From Lama guanicoe (lineage: Eukaryota), in contig MU053933.1 of NCBI GenBank assembly GCA_013239625.1, positions 1,759,026 to 1,823,025 on the forward strand: 64,000 nt of DNA, read 5' to 3'. Under the pieces are notes generated by a model. That model was given only the letters and a program-made list of their open reading frames with translations. It had not been told where the DNA came from and did not search any database. The number at the start of each line of letters is the position of its first letter. Positions within the stretch are counted from its first letter, which is position 1. A program made the translations under genes and the position numbers. Shown one piece after another: positions 47,101-57,300 of this stretch.

Positions 47101-49132
47101 CACCTGAACAGCCATGGACTGTGAGCCCACCGGGAGGCCCTGTGCCCCCTGTACCGGGGGCCACGGTTTCCCGCCCAACAGGAGCTCTGGGCGGAGAGGG
47201 AGGCCTGGCCCGCGGGCGTAGCGTCAGGCGCTCAGAGCGGAGACGCCAACTGGGCTTGAAGATGTTCTTGCCCCGCGCGGGGGGGGGGTCTTCCAGGTGG
47301 GGCAGGGAGCACTGTGGTCACCCCCAGGAGTCTGCTCCAGTGTAAAGGCCACAGAAAGTTGCCCACCCTGTGCCCCCTGGGTCGAAAGGAGCAGCTGCCT
47401 CTCTGCAGGCTGGAAGAAGCTGCGAGGCCAGGTGTTTGCCCCGGGTGTTTGCCCCATTTTTAGGTAAAAAAAACCCCCACAACTGTAGAAAATTAAACGC
47501 AGAAAATAAAGAAGAAGACAGGTGACATCCCACTGCCCGGAGCAGCTCAGGTCAAGCGGGTGCACACCTTTCCAGCCTTGATCCTGTACCAGTACATAGT
47601 CACACGTACTTGTTATTTACACGGGATTACGTGGGACTTAACTCCTTTCAGAAAACTTAAAACATCACGAGTGTATCTCCATTCTCGCTAACATGCTTCT
47701 TGGCACGGCTGCAGAGAAACCTGTTATGCTGGGTGTTCTGGTTTTTCAGCCGGCTGCTGCCCAGTGTGGAGCACACGTCGCCGTGTCTCTGTTGATGCTC
47801 TGCTGTCCTCACCTGCTCCTCCCTCCTTCCATCGTTAGCCACCAGGACACAGAGGAAGGGGAGGTTAAGTAGCTTTCCGTGGGTGACGCAGCTGGCAGGG
47901 GTGATGCCAGACCGCTGAAGTCCCAGCAAGGGGTGGCCGCCGCCCTTGCCTTAAAATGTAGTGGAGAGAGAAGGGGCCGGCTGACAGCGCAGTCCTGGGG
48001 GTCAGAGGTGTGTGTTGTGTGCCTGGCACTGGGTGATCGTTTTTGTAGGAAACTTGCCAGGTCGAAAGGAATTTTTCAAGCTTTTGGTACAAGCCGCCGT
48101 GGTTCCCCACAATGGTCACTCCAACTTCATCTCCCACCTGCAGCAGGCGTGGTCCGTCTAGTCTGTTTATGGGGAGAGTCATTTTTCACTGTCGTGTTAT
48201 GACAGCAGTATGTGAAGCCACTTTCCCGGTTGCCTCTTCCAGGATGCGCTGCAGGAGATGTACAACCAGAAGGGTGTGTTCCCTGGGGAGCAGTTCAAAC
48301 CTGCTCGGCGGCCATGGACGCTCCTGAACTTCCTCTCCTGGGCCACGGTTCTCCTGTCTCCTCTCTTCAGTTTTGTCTTGGGGGTCTTCGCCAGTGGATC
48401 TCCGCTCCTGATCCTGACGTTCCTGGGGTTTGTCGGGGCAGGTAATGGACGGGAACGCAGGCATGGCTTGAGGTTGGGAGTCGTCCTGTACCGCCGCAGT
48501 GGCCTGGCAGCTGGGCTCCCACCTGGGCCTTGCTGGCCTCCGAATGTGGCTCCGGCTGCTCAGACCACAGCCAGATTCTAGGGCCATCTCTCCAGAAGGC
48601 TGGCCGGCCATCCGCCCACCAGGCATCCATGCAGCAGCGAGGCTAGTGCTCTGAGAGCCGGGTGGGGAGGGCCCTGGGCCACTCAGGTTGCACTTGGGCA
48701 CTTAGGGCCGGGGGCGGGGGCTGGCGTGACGGTCTGAAGTCTCCCAGGACGTTTTTATTCCCGCAAGGCGGATGGGCACATGGCCTCTCTGGGCACCTGG
48801 CTGAGAACTGCACCCCTCCAGGAGCCCACACCCTACCTCCTGCTGGCTGGAGGAGCAGGGGCCTCTTATGCCCCCGGACAGGGTGCACAGCCGGCCCGTC
48901 AGGGAAGACGGAAGAGGGGGAGGGGCCCACAGCCCCGGGGGGAGGGGGAGAGTCTGAGGCCAAAGGTGCAGGCCACCCCGCTTGATTTTCCCAGCTTGAC
49001 AGCAAAGCAATCCGTCTAACCTCGCCTTTTTCCTATTTTAAAGCTTCCTTTGGAGTCCGCCGACTAATAGGAGTGACTGAAATAGAGAAGGGCTCCAGCT
49101 ATGGAAACCAAGAGTTTAAGAAAAAGGAATAA
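31947..49132 (+). CDS. AGPAT3: AGPAT3 (1-acyl-sn-glycerol-3-phosphate acyltransferase gamma, LPAAT3), spliced CDS span, 8 coding exons, 376 aa
   Basis: Exons of 178+170+162+154+103+76+199+89 = 1131 nt join in frame: [11 protein letters not shown]...NHNFEID...CEGTRF...LLPRTKGF...NQEFKKKE*. Acyltransferase NHxxxxD and EGTR motifs and a C-terminal dilysine motif are present. Confidence 0.98.
32900..33300 (+). mobile_element. Ancient L1ME-like 3' fragment
   Basis: 'aacttggcagcagcctaaatgcccatgaatggag', 'caagacacatgtttaagtgaaaaagg'. Confidence 0.5.
33830..34655 (+). mobile_element. 5'-truncated L1 3' end with target-site duplication
   Basis: ORF2-end sequence 'cacatgaaaagatgctca...ccagcaatcccactcctagg', A-rich tail, and TSD AAACCAGAATCCTGAG (33814-33829) / AAAACAGAAGCCTGAG (34656-34671). 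Confidence 0.92.
34800..35600 (+). mobile_element. Ancient L1/HAL1 ORF1-region remnant
   Basis: 'aacagattagatgcagctaacgagagagt', 'gagatggtggctgagaacttccc', 'gaagatcttacaaacccccaga' resemble decayed ORF1. Confidence 0.5.
37660..37862 (+). mobile_element. MIR SINE fragment
   Basis: 'gacaagttacc...aacagtagcacc...gagagttagatgag...tactcagaagtggtt', ending in a (TAA)n tail. Confidence 0.5.
38228..38397 (+). CDS. AGPAT3: AGPAT3 coding exon 2 (catalytic NHNFEID motif)
   Basis: cacag|AG acceptor; (Q)LVMLLEWWS...[22 protein letters not shown]; donor gtgagc. Confidence 0.97.
38949..39110 (+). CDS. AGPAT3: AGPAT3 coding exon 3
   Basis: ccccag|AGT acceptor; [18 protein letters not shown]...DYPEYMW; donor gtgagt. 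Confidence 0.97.
39400..40200. promoter_or_regulatory. Intragenic CpG-island-like region over coding exon 4
   Basis: Very dense CpG and GC boxes (GGGCGGGGCGGGG at about 39453). CpG observed/expected ratio not computed. Confidence 0.65.
39907..40060 (+). CDS. AGPAT3: AGPAT3 coding exon 4 (EGTR motif)
   Basis: cccag|TTT acceptor; [21 protein letters not shown]...[18 protein letters not shown]; donor G|gtgagc. Confidence 0.96.
40572..40674 (+). CDS. AGPAT3: AGPAT3 coding exon 5
   Basis: ctgcag|TC acceptor; [34 protein letters not shown]; donor AG|gtgagc. Confidence 0.96.
43423..43498 (+). CDS. AGPAT3: AGPAT3 coding exon 6
   Basis: aaacag|G acceptor; [26 protein letters not shown]; donor gtaaag. 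Confidence 0.96.
44100..45720 (+). mobile_element. Ancient L1M remnant (ORF1/ORF2 pieces)
   Basis: A-rich; 'aaatattaataaaatagaaagccttgggcaagactgac', 'acatttggaaacttggataaaatg'. Confidence 0.5.
45763..45841 (+). repeat. Two-copy tandem duplication of about 39 bp
   Basis: GGAGCAGTACCGTATATT...GTAGA.GTGCCC occurs twice. Confidence 0.85.
48243..48441 (+). CDS. AGPAT3: AGPAT3 coding exon 7
   Basis: ttccag|GAT acceptor; [33 protein letters not shown]...FLGFVGA; donor G|gtaatg. Confidence 0.96.
49044..49132 (+). CDS. AGPAT3: AGPAT3 coding exon 8 (terminal exon, stop TAA 49130-49132)
   Basis: ttttaaag|CT acceptor; [29 protein letters not shown]. Confidence 0.97.
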
Positions 49133-49268
49133 TTAATGGCTGTGATTGAACACACATAACCTGACGGTGGTATCCAATTAACTCAATTAAAAACAGAACA
49201 ACACACACAGAGCGGGAAAAAGACACTTAGAAACTATTTTTCTTATTAACTGGTGACTAATACTGACC

Positions 49269-49274
49269 AATAAA
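49269..49274 (+). terminator. Proximal polyadenylation signal AATAAA
   Basis: AATAAA about 140 nt after the stop codon, plus ATTAAA at 49186-49191. The downstream element is weak. Confidence 0.3.
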
Positions 49275-49299
49275 ACTTGAGCCAAGAGTAAAGCAGTCG

Positions 49300-50400
49300 G
49301 AAGGCCTGCGGATGGAGACGCCAGCCTCGCCCCTGCGCTTCCCCCGGGGAAGCCGGGCTGCGGGGCGTCGCTCTGCGGGGAGGTGGCGCCCGGAGAGCCG
49401 TCCGACTCGTCACCTCTGAGAGCGCTGCCTGCCGAGGGAGCCTTCGGACGCTTTCTCTTCCCACACTTAGATCCCAGTTTGGGTTTTTACCAGTTATCTT
49501 GGGAGTTTCCCCGCCTCTCCCCCTGCACCCCCAGCACACTATCTTCAAGGCTCCTCCCGGGCCGCCGGGCCTCAGAGCACCTGCTCGTCCCGATCTGCTG
49601 GCACCGTGGCCTCCAGGCGGTGGGCGCGGGGCCCTGGGAGAGTTCTCTGGGCGAGCGGCACACCGAGCGAGCCGGCGGCGGACACGCGCCTCGCCCCTTT
49701 GAGCTTCCAGAGCTTCCTTGCCGCTTCCTACCTGAGCCCGCCTGGAAACACGTTCAGTCCGTTTCAAGGCGGATGGAGCCCGAGAACTCGGCGAGGTGCG
49801 GCGTCCTCCCGGTGCCCCGGGCGCAGCTCGTCTGTCCCCGGCGACCGTCAGACTCGGGTCCCCCGCCGAGCGCAGGGCGGCCACCCGCGCGGAGGCGCTG
49901 TGTCCGGGGGTCGGGGGCGGGGGAGCCTCGGCCCGCAGGCTGCAGGACTGTTGACGCTTTGGAGAAGGCAGTGTCACCATCGCCCTGTCTTCTGAAGGCG
50001 GTTGGAAACGGCACGGAGCTCGTCTGCTTTGAGAGGTTATCCTCTGACAGTGGACCTGCGGACGGCTGTCAGCGTCCCGACGAAAACGGGAGGTGGTGAG
50101 CCCTCCCACCTGCGCCACCCTCCCCCCCGAGCAGCTGCATGTGTCCCGGGGGAGGGCCGGCCTCTGCCCAGGCAGGTGCCCGGCGGCGGCTCCTGCCGCA
50201 GGGCTGTCCCCCGAGTGTGCTGACCGCCTGTGCTTGGCGGCCTTCCGCCCAGCACCCCGCAGCCTGCCGCCGGGGTGCTAGCCGCTCCTCCCGGGGGAGG
50301 CGCCTCCAGCGCACGCCCGGCGGGGCGGAAGCCCCCGGGGCCGGCGGGCAGGGCTGGGGCCGGCAGCCCCGCCCACCTTGCTTTTTAAAAGTCACACTCC
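49300..50400. promoter_or_regulatory. CpG-island-like region in the proximal 3' UTR
   Basis: About 1.1 kb of very GC- and CpG-rich sequence. Confidence 0.6.
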
Positions 50401-51244
50401 CCTCATCTTTTTTAGCAAGAGAACGAAAAATAACGGGTGTTATCTCTGATGCACTGTAACCAGCATTCTGAATAGAGGCAGGGTGAACTTTCTAGGGGAA
50501 AAAATGGAGGGAAGAGGCGTGGAAAAAATTATAAAGCAAATTGGAAAAATAATTATGCATTGGTCCTAAGTACGTATTTTGGGGAGGTCTAGGGAAACAG
50601 CCCACATCCTTTGTAACGACACTACTGAATTCTGCGTTAGTGACCTTGGTGAAGGGACCGAGGTCGCAGGGACGCGAACCACGATTCTGTACTTGCTCAC
50701 CAGGGACAGTGGGTGCACACAAGTCCTGGTGAGGTTGAAGTGTAAAACAGACCGGCTTTGAAGTGCTTTTCTTAGACGCGTGCTTCCCTCTGCCACAAAG
50801 CACGCCCCTCCAACCCCCCCAGCCCCGCACAGCAGAGCCCCTGCGGAAGAGCTGCTCCTGCTGCGGTCAGCGCTACCTTAGGTCTCATTTCTCTGCCCAC
50901 GGTATGCTGCTCATCCGTCTCTCTGAGTGTTTATGTTATTTGCTAATTCACTAACCCTGCAAATCTTAAAGGAAACAGTTGAAGAGTACTACTGTGCAGG
51001 TACATTACCTGGAAAATGCAAAATTAGATCTTTTTACCGTTTAATTAATAGTTCTTGCCTCTGGGATAAATTCCCTCCCCTTGAAATTAATACCTAATGT
51101 GTAAATTCTGTGTGGAGGCAGTGATGAGCTGTGAAGACTCGAGGTAAATGGAGATTGACCACTTCTAGTTTTCAAGTCTCAGCGACTTCCTTCCCACTGA
51201 ACGCAGATTAGCTTGTGCACTTGAATACCAAGCCCTTTGACAGC

Positions 51245-51250
51245 AATAAA
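51245..51250 (+). terminator. Middle polyadenylation signal AATAAA
   Basis: AATAAA followed about 15-35 nt later by TGTTTGGGG and a long T run (GU/U-rich downstream element). Confidence 0.55.
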
Positions 51251-53361
51251 AACTACACCATGAATGTTTGGGGTTTTTTTTTTTTTTGGAGGGGTAGACT
51301 CTGCTTTTCATCCATTTCAGAAGGAAAGGGGGAGAGGAGCTCTCTTCATTTTCTTCCCTCAATCACTAAACCACAGAACAGTGCTTTCCTTATTTCTTCT
51401 CCTTTACCCCCTCTGCTGCTGGTGATGTCCAGATCAGGCTGAATGCTGGGACAGTTGTGCTGGTCACAGTGGGGAGAGTGTGCTGTAGGTTGAAGTCGCT
51501 GGTGCCCTCTACACTAGGTCCTGGGTCAGGAAAGGGGGTCTCTGTGCTGTTTGCTGAGCCTCATTGTGGGAGGGTGGTGAGCATGGATGTTTGCTGAGCC
51601 TCTCTGTTGGAGGAGGGGTCTGCTCAGCCTCTCTGTGGGGTCAGCTCCCCTCCCACTAGAGGTACACAGAGGTGGCCCCAGGCCTTGGGCCCCTCCCAGG
51701 AGTGACCAGCAGGCTGAGTTCTGAGCCCAGGGGGCCGCCAACTAGTATTTCTCAGCTCAGGCCCAGGTGCTGTGTTTGGGTTGTGGGCCCTCCCTATGTG
51801 TCCAGCAGTCCCCTCTGGGGAGTTCCAGGGACTTCTAAGGTGACTGTGGCCTTTCCTGGTGACTTTGTGGCAGCCCGCAGCTCCTGTAGACTTCCTGGCC
51901 TCCCTCCTCAGGGTCTCTGACAGCATGGTGAGTGGAGACTGCCTCCACTCACGCTGATGAGCAGACGCTGGGGAAAGGCTTGCAAACGCCTCTTTACGCG
52001 TCTTCTCCCCAGAACTGAGGCTTTGAGAAGGGTTTGAACCAGTTGCCCAATGACGGAATTTTAACCCAAAAGCAAGCAGTGACACAAGTCAGCCAGCCCT
52101 TGGTGGCAGTGTACTGGGTGCATGGCCCAGGGGAGGTGCTCCCCAGTCCCCGTCGTCCCTCGAGAAATACAGGGTCAGGTGGAAGAGATGAACTCTGAGT
52201 GCACAACCCGCCAAGTAATAGCGTGAATCAATGCCATGTGGGCACGTCCGGCAAAGGCAGTGCGGTGTGGCCGGGGATCCGGCCGGCATCTCCAGCTCGT
52301 TTGCCTCCTCACTCCCCGCGCCATGTACACCGGGGCAGGAGCACTCTCTTACACCGCTTTAGCCACTGCGTCTTGGAGTCACCAGGCTGTGAACATCCAG
52401 GTGACCGCCCGCTGTGTCAGATCTGGGGTGGAGAGTGACTCTTCATGCTGCTTTGTCCCTGCCCGAGACGCCTAGAGGACACACGGAACAGAACCTTTCA
52501 GCCCGGCTGGTCTGCAGCTGAATTGTTCCACCCTCTGCTGCTGCAACTCGTGCAGCCCCGGCAGGCAACACGGGTCTGTAGGGTCAAGTGGCTGCCACCC
52601 CTCTGCAGGGTAACCAGGCTTAGGGTTAAAACAGTGGGCCTGACAAGCCCACCTGCCTCCCCTCCGGAGCCGGCATGTCCCCGCACCCGCACCCGCCCTG
52701 CTCTAGTGCTCCAGTGAGTTACTTCCCCTAGCAAAGGCAGGCCTCGCCCCTGCGCCTGGGCCTGGCCAGTGGGGCCAGTCACACTGTCCCGCCTCCTGAG
52801 CAGGGCTGCCAGGGCGCAGGTGTGCAGGTCCCACATTCCTGCATTTCAGGGCCAGGGTACAAAAACACAGGGACATTTTAGGTAGGAGATGTCACATTGC
52901 TCTGCTTGGTTGGAGGGATGGACACGTGCATTAAGTTTTACCACAAGCACTGGCCGCTGGTTAAGTCAGGGTAATCGGTGGCCTTCTCACAGAACGCTCG
53001 GGAAGTCCAGGGACCGGAGCACTTTAGGAAGCCCGGGACATTCCAGAGGCGTGGATGCCAGTGAGCCCGTCAGTGGCCCCACACTCTTCTCAAAAACAAT
53101 TGACTTTGAATCGCTTTGTGATGACAAGGCCCCTTGGGGTTTTCTTCTTCCGTTAACTTTTCAGTTTCTTAACTTTTTGTTGCAAGAGTATTTGGACAGA
53201 GGTTGAGCAGTGAGTGAGATACTGAAGTACACTGAATTGTATCAAATCCCACCGGGGTGACTTGACGCGATGAAGAAATGCATCCAATCTCCTTGTACTT
53301 ATTGTCTCAGAATTGTACGTTGTGACAATCAAATGTTACTTGGCCAACTGCCAGGAAATTC

Positions 53362-53459
53362 GGCTGGCTTCTTAACCACAATGACGTCAGCACGTACTGT
53401 AACTGTAACGGGCTGGCTTCTTAACCACAATGATGTCAGCACGTACTGTAACTGTAACG
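53362..53459 (+). repeat. Near-perfect 2 x 49-bp tandem duplication in the 3' UTR
   Basis: GGCTGGCTTCTTAACCACAATGAYGTCAGCACGTACTGTAACTGTAACG occurs twice with one mismatch. Confidence 0.95.
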
Positions 53460-54377
53460 GAAAAGTCTCTCTCTTTGGAAAACCACACGAACCACCGACT
53501 CAGACGTGTGGGACAGACGCTGGGTTCTTTTTCTACTGATGCTCTGCCGACCTGATGCTGGCCAGGTTCAAAGGGGGAGACGTTGTATACAGGGTGCGAA
53601 TGTATTATATGCGTGTTTCCTTTTGTACGCTTCAGTTTTACAATTTTGCTACAGCTTTATGCAGTTGAGGATAGCGGTATTTTTGGTCTCTGGCTTTGGG
53701 CTTGGGGGGCGTGGGGGTGCTAACCGAGACCCTAAAAGCCTGTCTCCTGAAACGCCGGCCGCGCTCGCCGTGCTCCGCGCTGGTCTCTGCACACAGCGTG
53801 CCTGAGCCTGCCTGCGCGACGGTGTTTTCTAGATAAAACACTGTGGGCATCATACTTGCTTTTTTAATTGCTGCTGTGAAAGTGAGGGATAAAAATCACA
53901 CTGCAGGAGGGAGCAGCCGCCTCCTTTTGTCCCTTTGCTTCTAGTCTGCAGAGGGTTTCCCAGGGGAAGGAAGGGCCCTCCGGGCACACACGTCCGGGCT
54001 GGGGCCTTGCCCGCGCAGACACTCCGAGGCCACGCGTGTTTCTCCAAGGCTGTCCTGCTGAGGACACTTTCCCAGCCTCTCCCTTGCCCATAAGTTGCTT
54101 CTGGAAGGGAAATTGAGACGGAGAGTGATCATCTGGCAAAAGCAAGGGAGAAAACCAGTTGGTGCACAAGGCTGAGGCCCTCTACCTAAAACGGGTCTTG
54201 AAAGCCATCGAGGACGAGGTTTTCCAAAGTAGGCATGTATATATCAAAAACTATTTTTTTGTAAAACCAAATTCATTCCGTAGAGAAAACCCAGGAACCC
54301 TTTTTCTTCTTTATAAAGGAAAGATCTCTTGTGAGAACCAAGAGATATTCCAGGGTCTGCTCTGTCTGTCTTGTGAA

Positions 54378-54383
54378 AATAAA
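54378..54383 (+). terminator. Distal polyadenylation signal AATAAA
   Basis: AATAAA with upstream U-rich/TGTA elements (54236-54262) and downstream GTGGTGTCCCGTGTG. Confidence 0.65.
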
Positions 54384-57300
54384 CTGAGCTAAAAGAAGCG
54401 TGGTGTCCCGTGTGCTCTGGGAGCCGCCCCGCAGACGCATCCGGCTGCTGCCCGGCCACTCAGCGCAGCCCTCCTGAGGCCCGGGAAGGCCGGCCTCCGG
54501 ATGGTCGCACGTCTCTGCGCGGTTTATCTTCAAGTGTACATCCTGAATTCAGAGTGTGGACGGGCCAGCACGTGCCTACAGGCACACACATGGGCCCTGC
54601 CCACGGACACACAGGTGCACACACCCCAGAGTGAGGGGGAAGCTCAGGGAGGCCACACAGCCCCATTAGGAGATGGGATGAAACCACAGGCCTGCACCAG
54701 GATCCCCCCTCCCCACACCTCCTCCCAGGGCATAAAGCCTGAGGGCCCACGTGGTCCAGGCCCCCTGAACAGCCCTGGACTTGAAGAAAGTGCTCCCCAA
54801 AGGCCCAAAACTCGGTGAAGAGAGCAAATGGTTGCGTGACAGCTCAGGGAAGTGGGCAATGTCCCTTGCTCCGGGCTCCAGCTCCGTCAGTGAGTGGGGG
54901 GACGTGACATGCACAGGAACACTATGCCAAGGGGCATGTTTTGTGGAAAGCGGGCAGAATATATGGATGGAGTGGGTGACAGGTGGGATGGGGCTGGCAC
55001 TGGGCTCTGCCTGCGGTTGAAGCGATCCCCAATGGTTGGCGTGGAGCTGGACCCCTAAGATCACACTCCTGAAGTCCAGGAGTCCAGCACAGCCCTCAGA
55101 CTGCCTTCCAGAAAGATGAGTCTCACAGCACAGTGTGTGGGCTCCGTCAGGAGGGGCAAGATCCAGTGCAATCGCAGCCCTGCTCCCTCCTCCGCACCCA
55201 GGGCAGGAGCGGACAGGGTTCCAGGCCCTGAACCAGGAGGCTGTGCAGGGCATGGGGTGTCGGGGTACAAGGAGACACTCAGTGGCCCTAAACAGGGGTT
55301 GGGGGTCGGGGTCGGGGGGGCTGCCGCCTGTTGCCAGGCAGGTCCATCCTGTTTGCAAAATCTCAGGCCCTTCCAGGGACACATCTGGAGGATGAGGTTC
55401 TCCTGCCATCAGCCACCTGGCCCAGACTTGATGCCAGAGATCAGAGACTTACAAGGACTCCAAGTGCTGTCCGTCCCTGGAGTCTGCCCTCGCCCAGGCC
55501 GTACACCTGCCCCAAGGGCTCCTCAGCTCCTCCCGGCTCAGGACTACACAGGGCCAGGAAGCCTCTAGAACACGCCCCCCCCACAGACTGTTTAAACCGT
55601 GCTCACTTACTGGTAAAGAGTTCCAGTGCTGTCTCTGATCACAAGGTCAGTCCCACCTGCCCAGGACGCTGTAAGAAACCTGCCCACTGGGCCAGCCCAG
55701 GCCGTGGATGTACCCTCCACCCTGTGGAAAGCGGGGAGGTAGCTGCCACCTCCAGAGACCCCGCCATCAGGACGCAAGCCTGGGGCTGTGCTCCTGGTCT
55801 CAGGATGCCGTCTTCAAGCCCCAAGACAGCCGTCCCTCCGGCTCAGCCGCCTTTTCTGCTGCTTCCAACCAGAAAATCAGGGGTGGGGGCCAGCCTGCCG
55901 TTCTTCTTCGCTAGTGAAAGATCTGGTGCCGGAGGAGATGGGTGCTGAGGGCCCCAGTGAGGCTCAGGGTTCAGGGGAGTGTGTCCTGCCACAGGGCCAC
56001 CCCTGGGGTCACACAGGAGGGACTCCGGGTTTGGAAGGGCCCCCTACCCTCAGGGAGGTACCTGGGCCAGAACAATCTCCTGGGCCCTCGCTGCCTGTTT
56101 CTCTGGGACAGCCCGTGCATCTCCGGGGTCCTCGGGGCCGCGATGGCGCTGAGTCAGGACAGCTGTAAGGAACGCAGGTCCTCCTGCTGGGTCAGTCTCC
56201 TAGACGCACGCTAGGATCTGATGACTGCCTAGCTGGGGAGGGGACTGACGGAGCGGGAAACAAGCCCCCACCCACCCAGACCACCCAGCAGAGGGCCCCA
56301 GGGGGGAAATCCGCTTTACTACCCTGAACAACACTGTTCCCTCTTTTAGACTCTTTGAAATGCCTTTTCCTGTGCTGAGCCCAAGGGGATTCTGACTTCT
56401 GTCACAATCACTCGTTAGGAGATCAGCGGTGGTCTCCAGGAGGCTCCTCTTGCTGGTAGGATGCAGGCAACCCGTGAGGACTCGGGGCGATCTTCTTGCT
56501 GGTCCCAGAACAGGCACACAGAAACGGTCGCTCCCCCACCCCAGGCGGGCACTGAAAAACGGTCTGAAGGTTGAAGGCCACCCTCGTTCAGGGCCTGGTA
56601 GCCAGCAGAGTGGACCCCTCGAAGAGGGGGCCGTCTGGGTCTCCAGGGTTGGGGGAGGTAGGAGGGGGGCTGGGAAAGGGACCTTGGGTTTCAATCAACA
56701 GCTGGTTCCCAGGTCCCAGGGGCCTGCAGAGCACAGCTGGTTACCCCACGCCACCTGGAGAGGCAGGAGCGCTGGCTGCATGCTCGCTCATCTGCTCTGG
56801 CCGGGCCTGAGTTACCAGCTCCCTCCCAGCCAGAAAGCGACAAAGATAGGTTCTGCCCTTTAGGAGCAGGTAGTGGAGGGGCTGCTCCTGGAGTGGGCAG
56901 CGGCTGCCCAAGGCCCCAAATGGAGGATGCAAGGAGCAGCCGGCCCTGACCCCCGCCAAAGACAAACAAAGCCGGACCCCAGTCAGAGGCGGCAAAGGCA
57001 GGTTTCTTCCGTGACAGCTGCTGCAGGAAGCTGAGCCCAGCATCCCCAGACCCAGGCAGGAGGCTCTCGGAAGGCAGGCGCCCTGGAGGGGAGGCACAAG
57101 GGCGGGGTGGGGGCCACGTGACCAGGCCACCCGGGTGGGCTAACTGGACGTGCCCAGAGGTACCCTGAGGGCAGGAGGCAGTGGTGCACTGAGCAAGGCG
57201 CCAGAGGTTGGGCTCTGACCTCCCCAGGGACGGGACGGGGAGAGAGTGAGTGTCTGCTCCCTGATCCCGGGGAGACGGCCCTGGGCGGGGAGAGGTACGT

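Larger units (their letters stand above)
49133..54400 (+). other. AGPAT3: AGPAT3 3' UTR (longest candidate form)
   Basis: Follows the stop codon, has no recognisable interspersed repeats, and ends near AATAAA 54378-54383 with a GU-rich downstream element. The end position is approximate. Confidence 0.6.

Noticed and set aside
48442..48581. In-frame read-through past the exon 7 donor, giving an alternative C-terminus without the KKKE motif
   Set aside because: A good donor is present and nothing in the sequence supports intron retention; it needs RNA evidence.
49246..50118. 290-aa minus-strand ORF, and the 238-aa plus-strand ORF 49383-50099
   Set aside because: Low-complexity R/P/G/A-rich translation of a CpG-rich UTR where stop codons are rare; no recognisable domain.
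45763..53459. Short direct repeats as a possible CRISPR-like array
   Set aside because: Only two adjacent copies each, no spacers, and a mammalian context.
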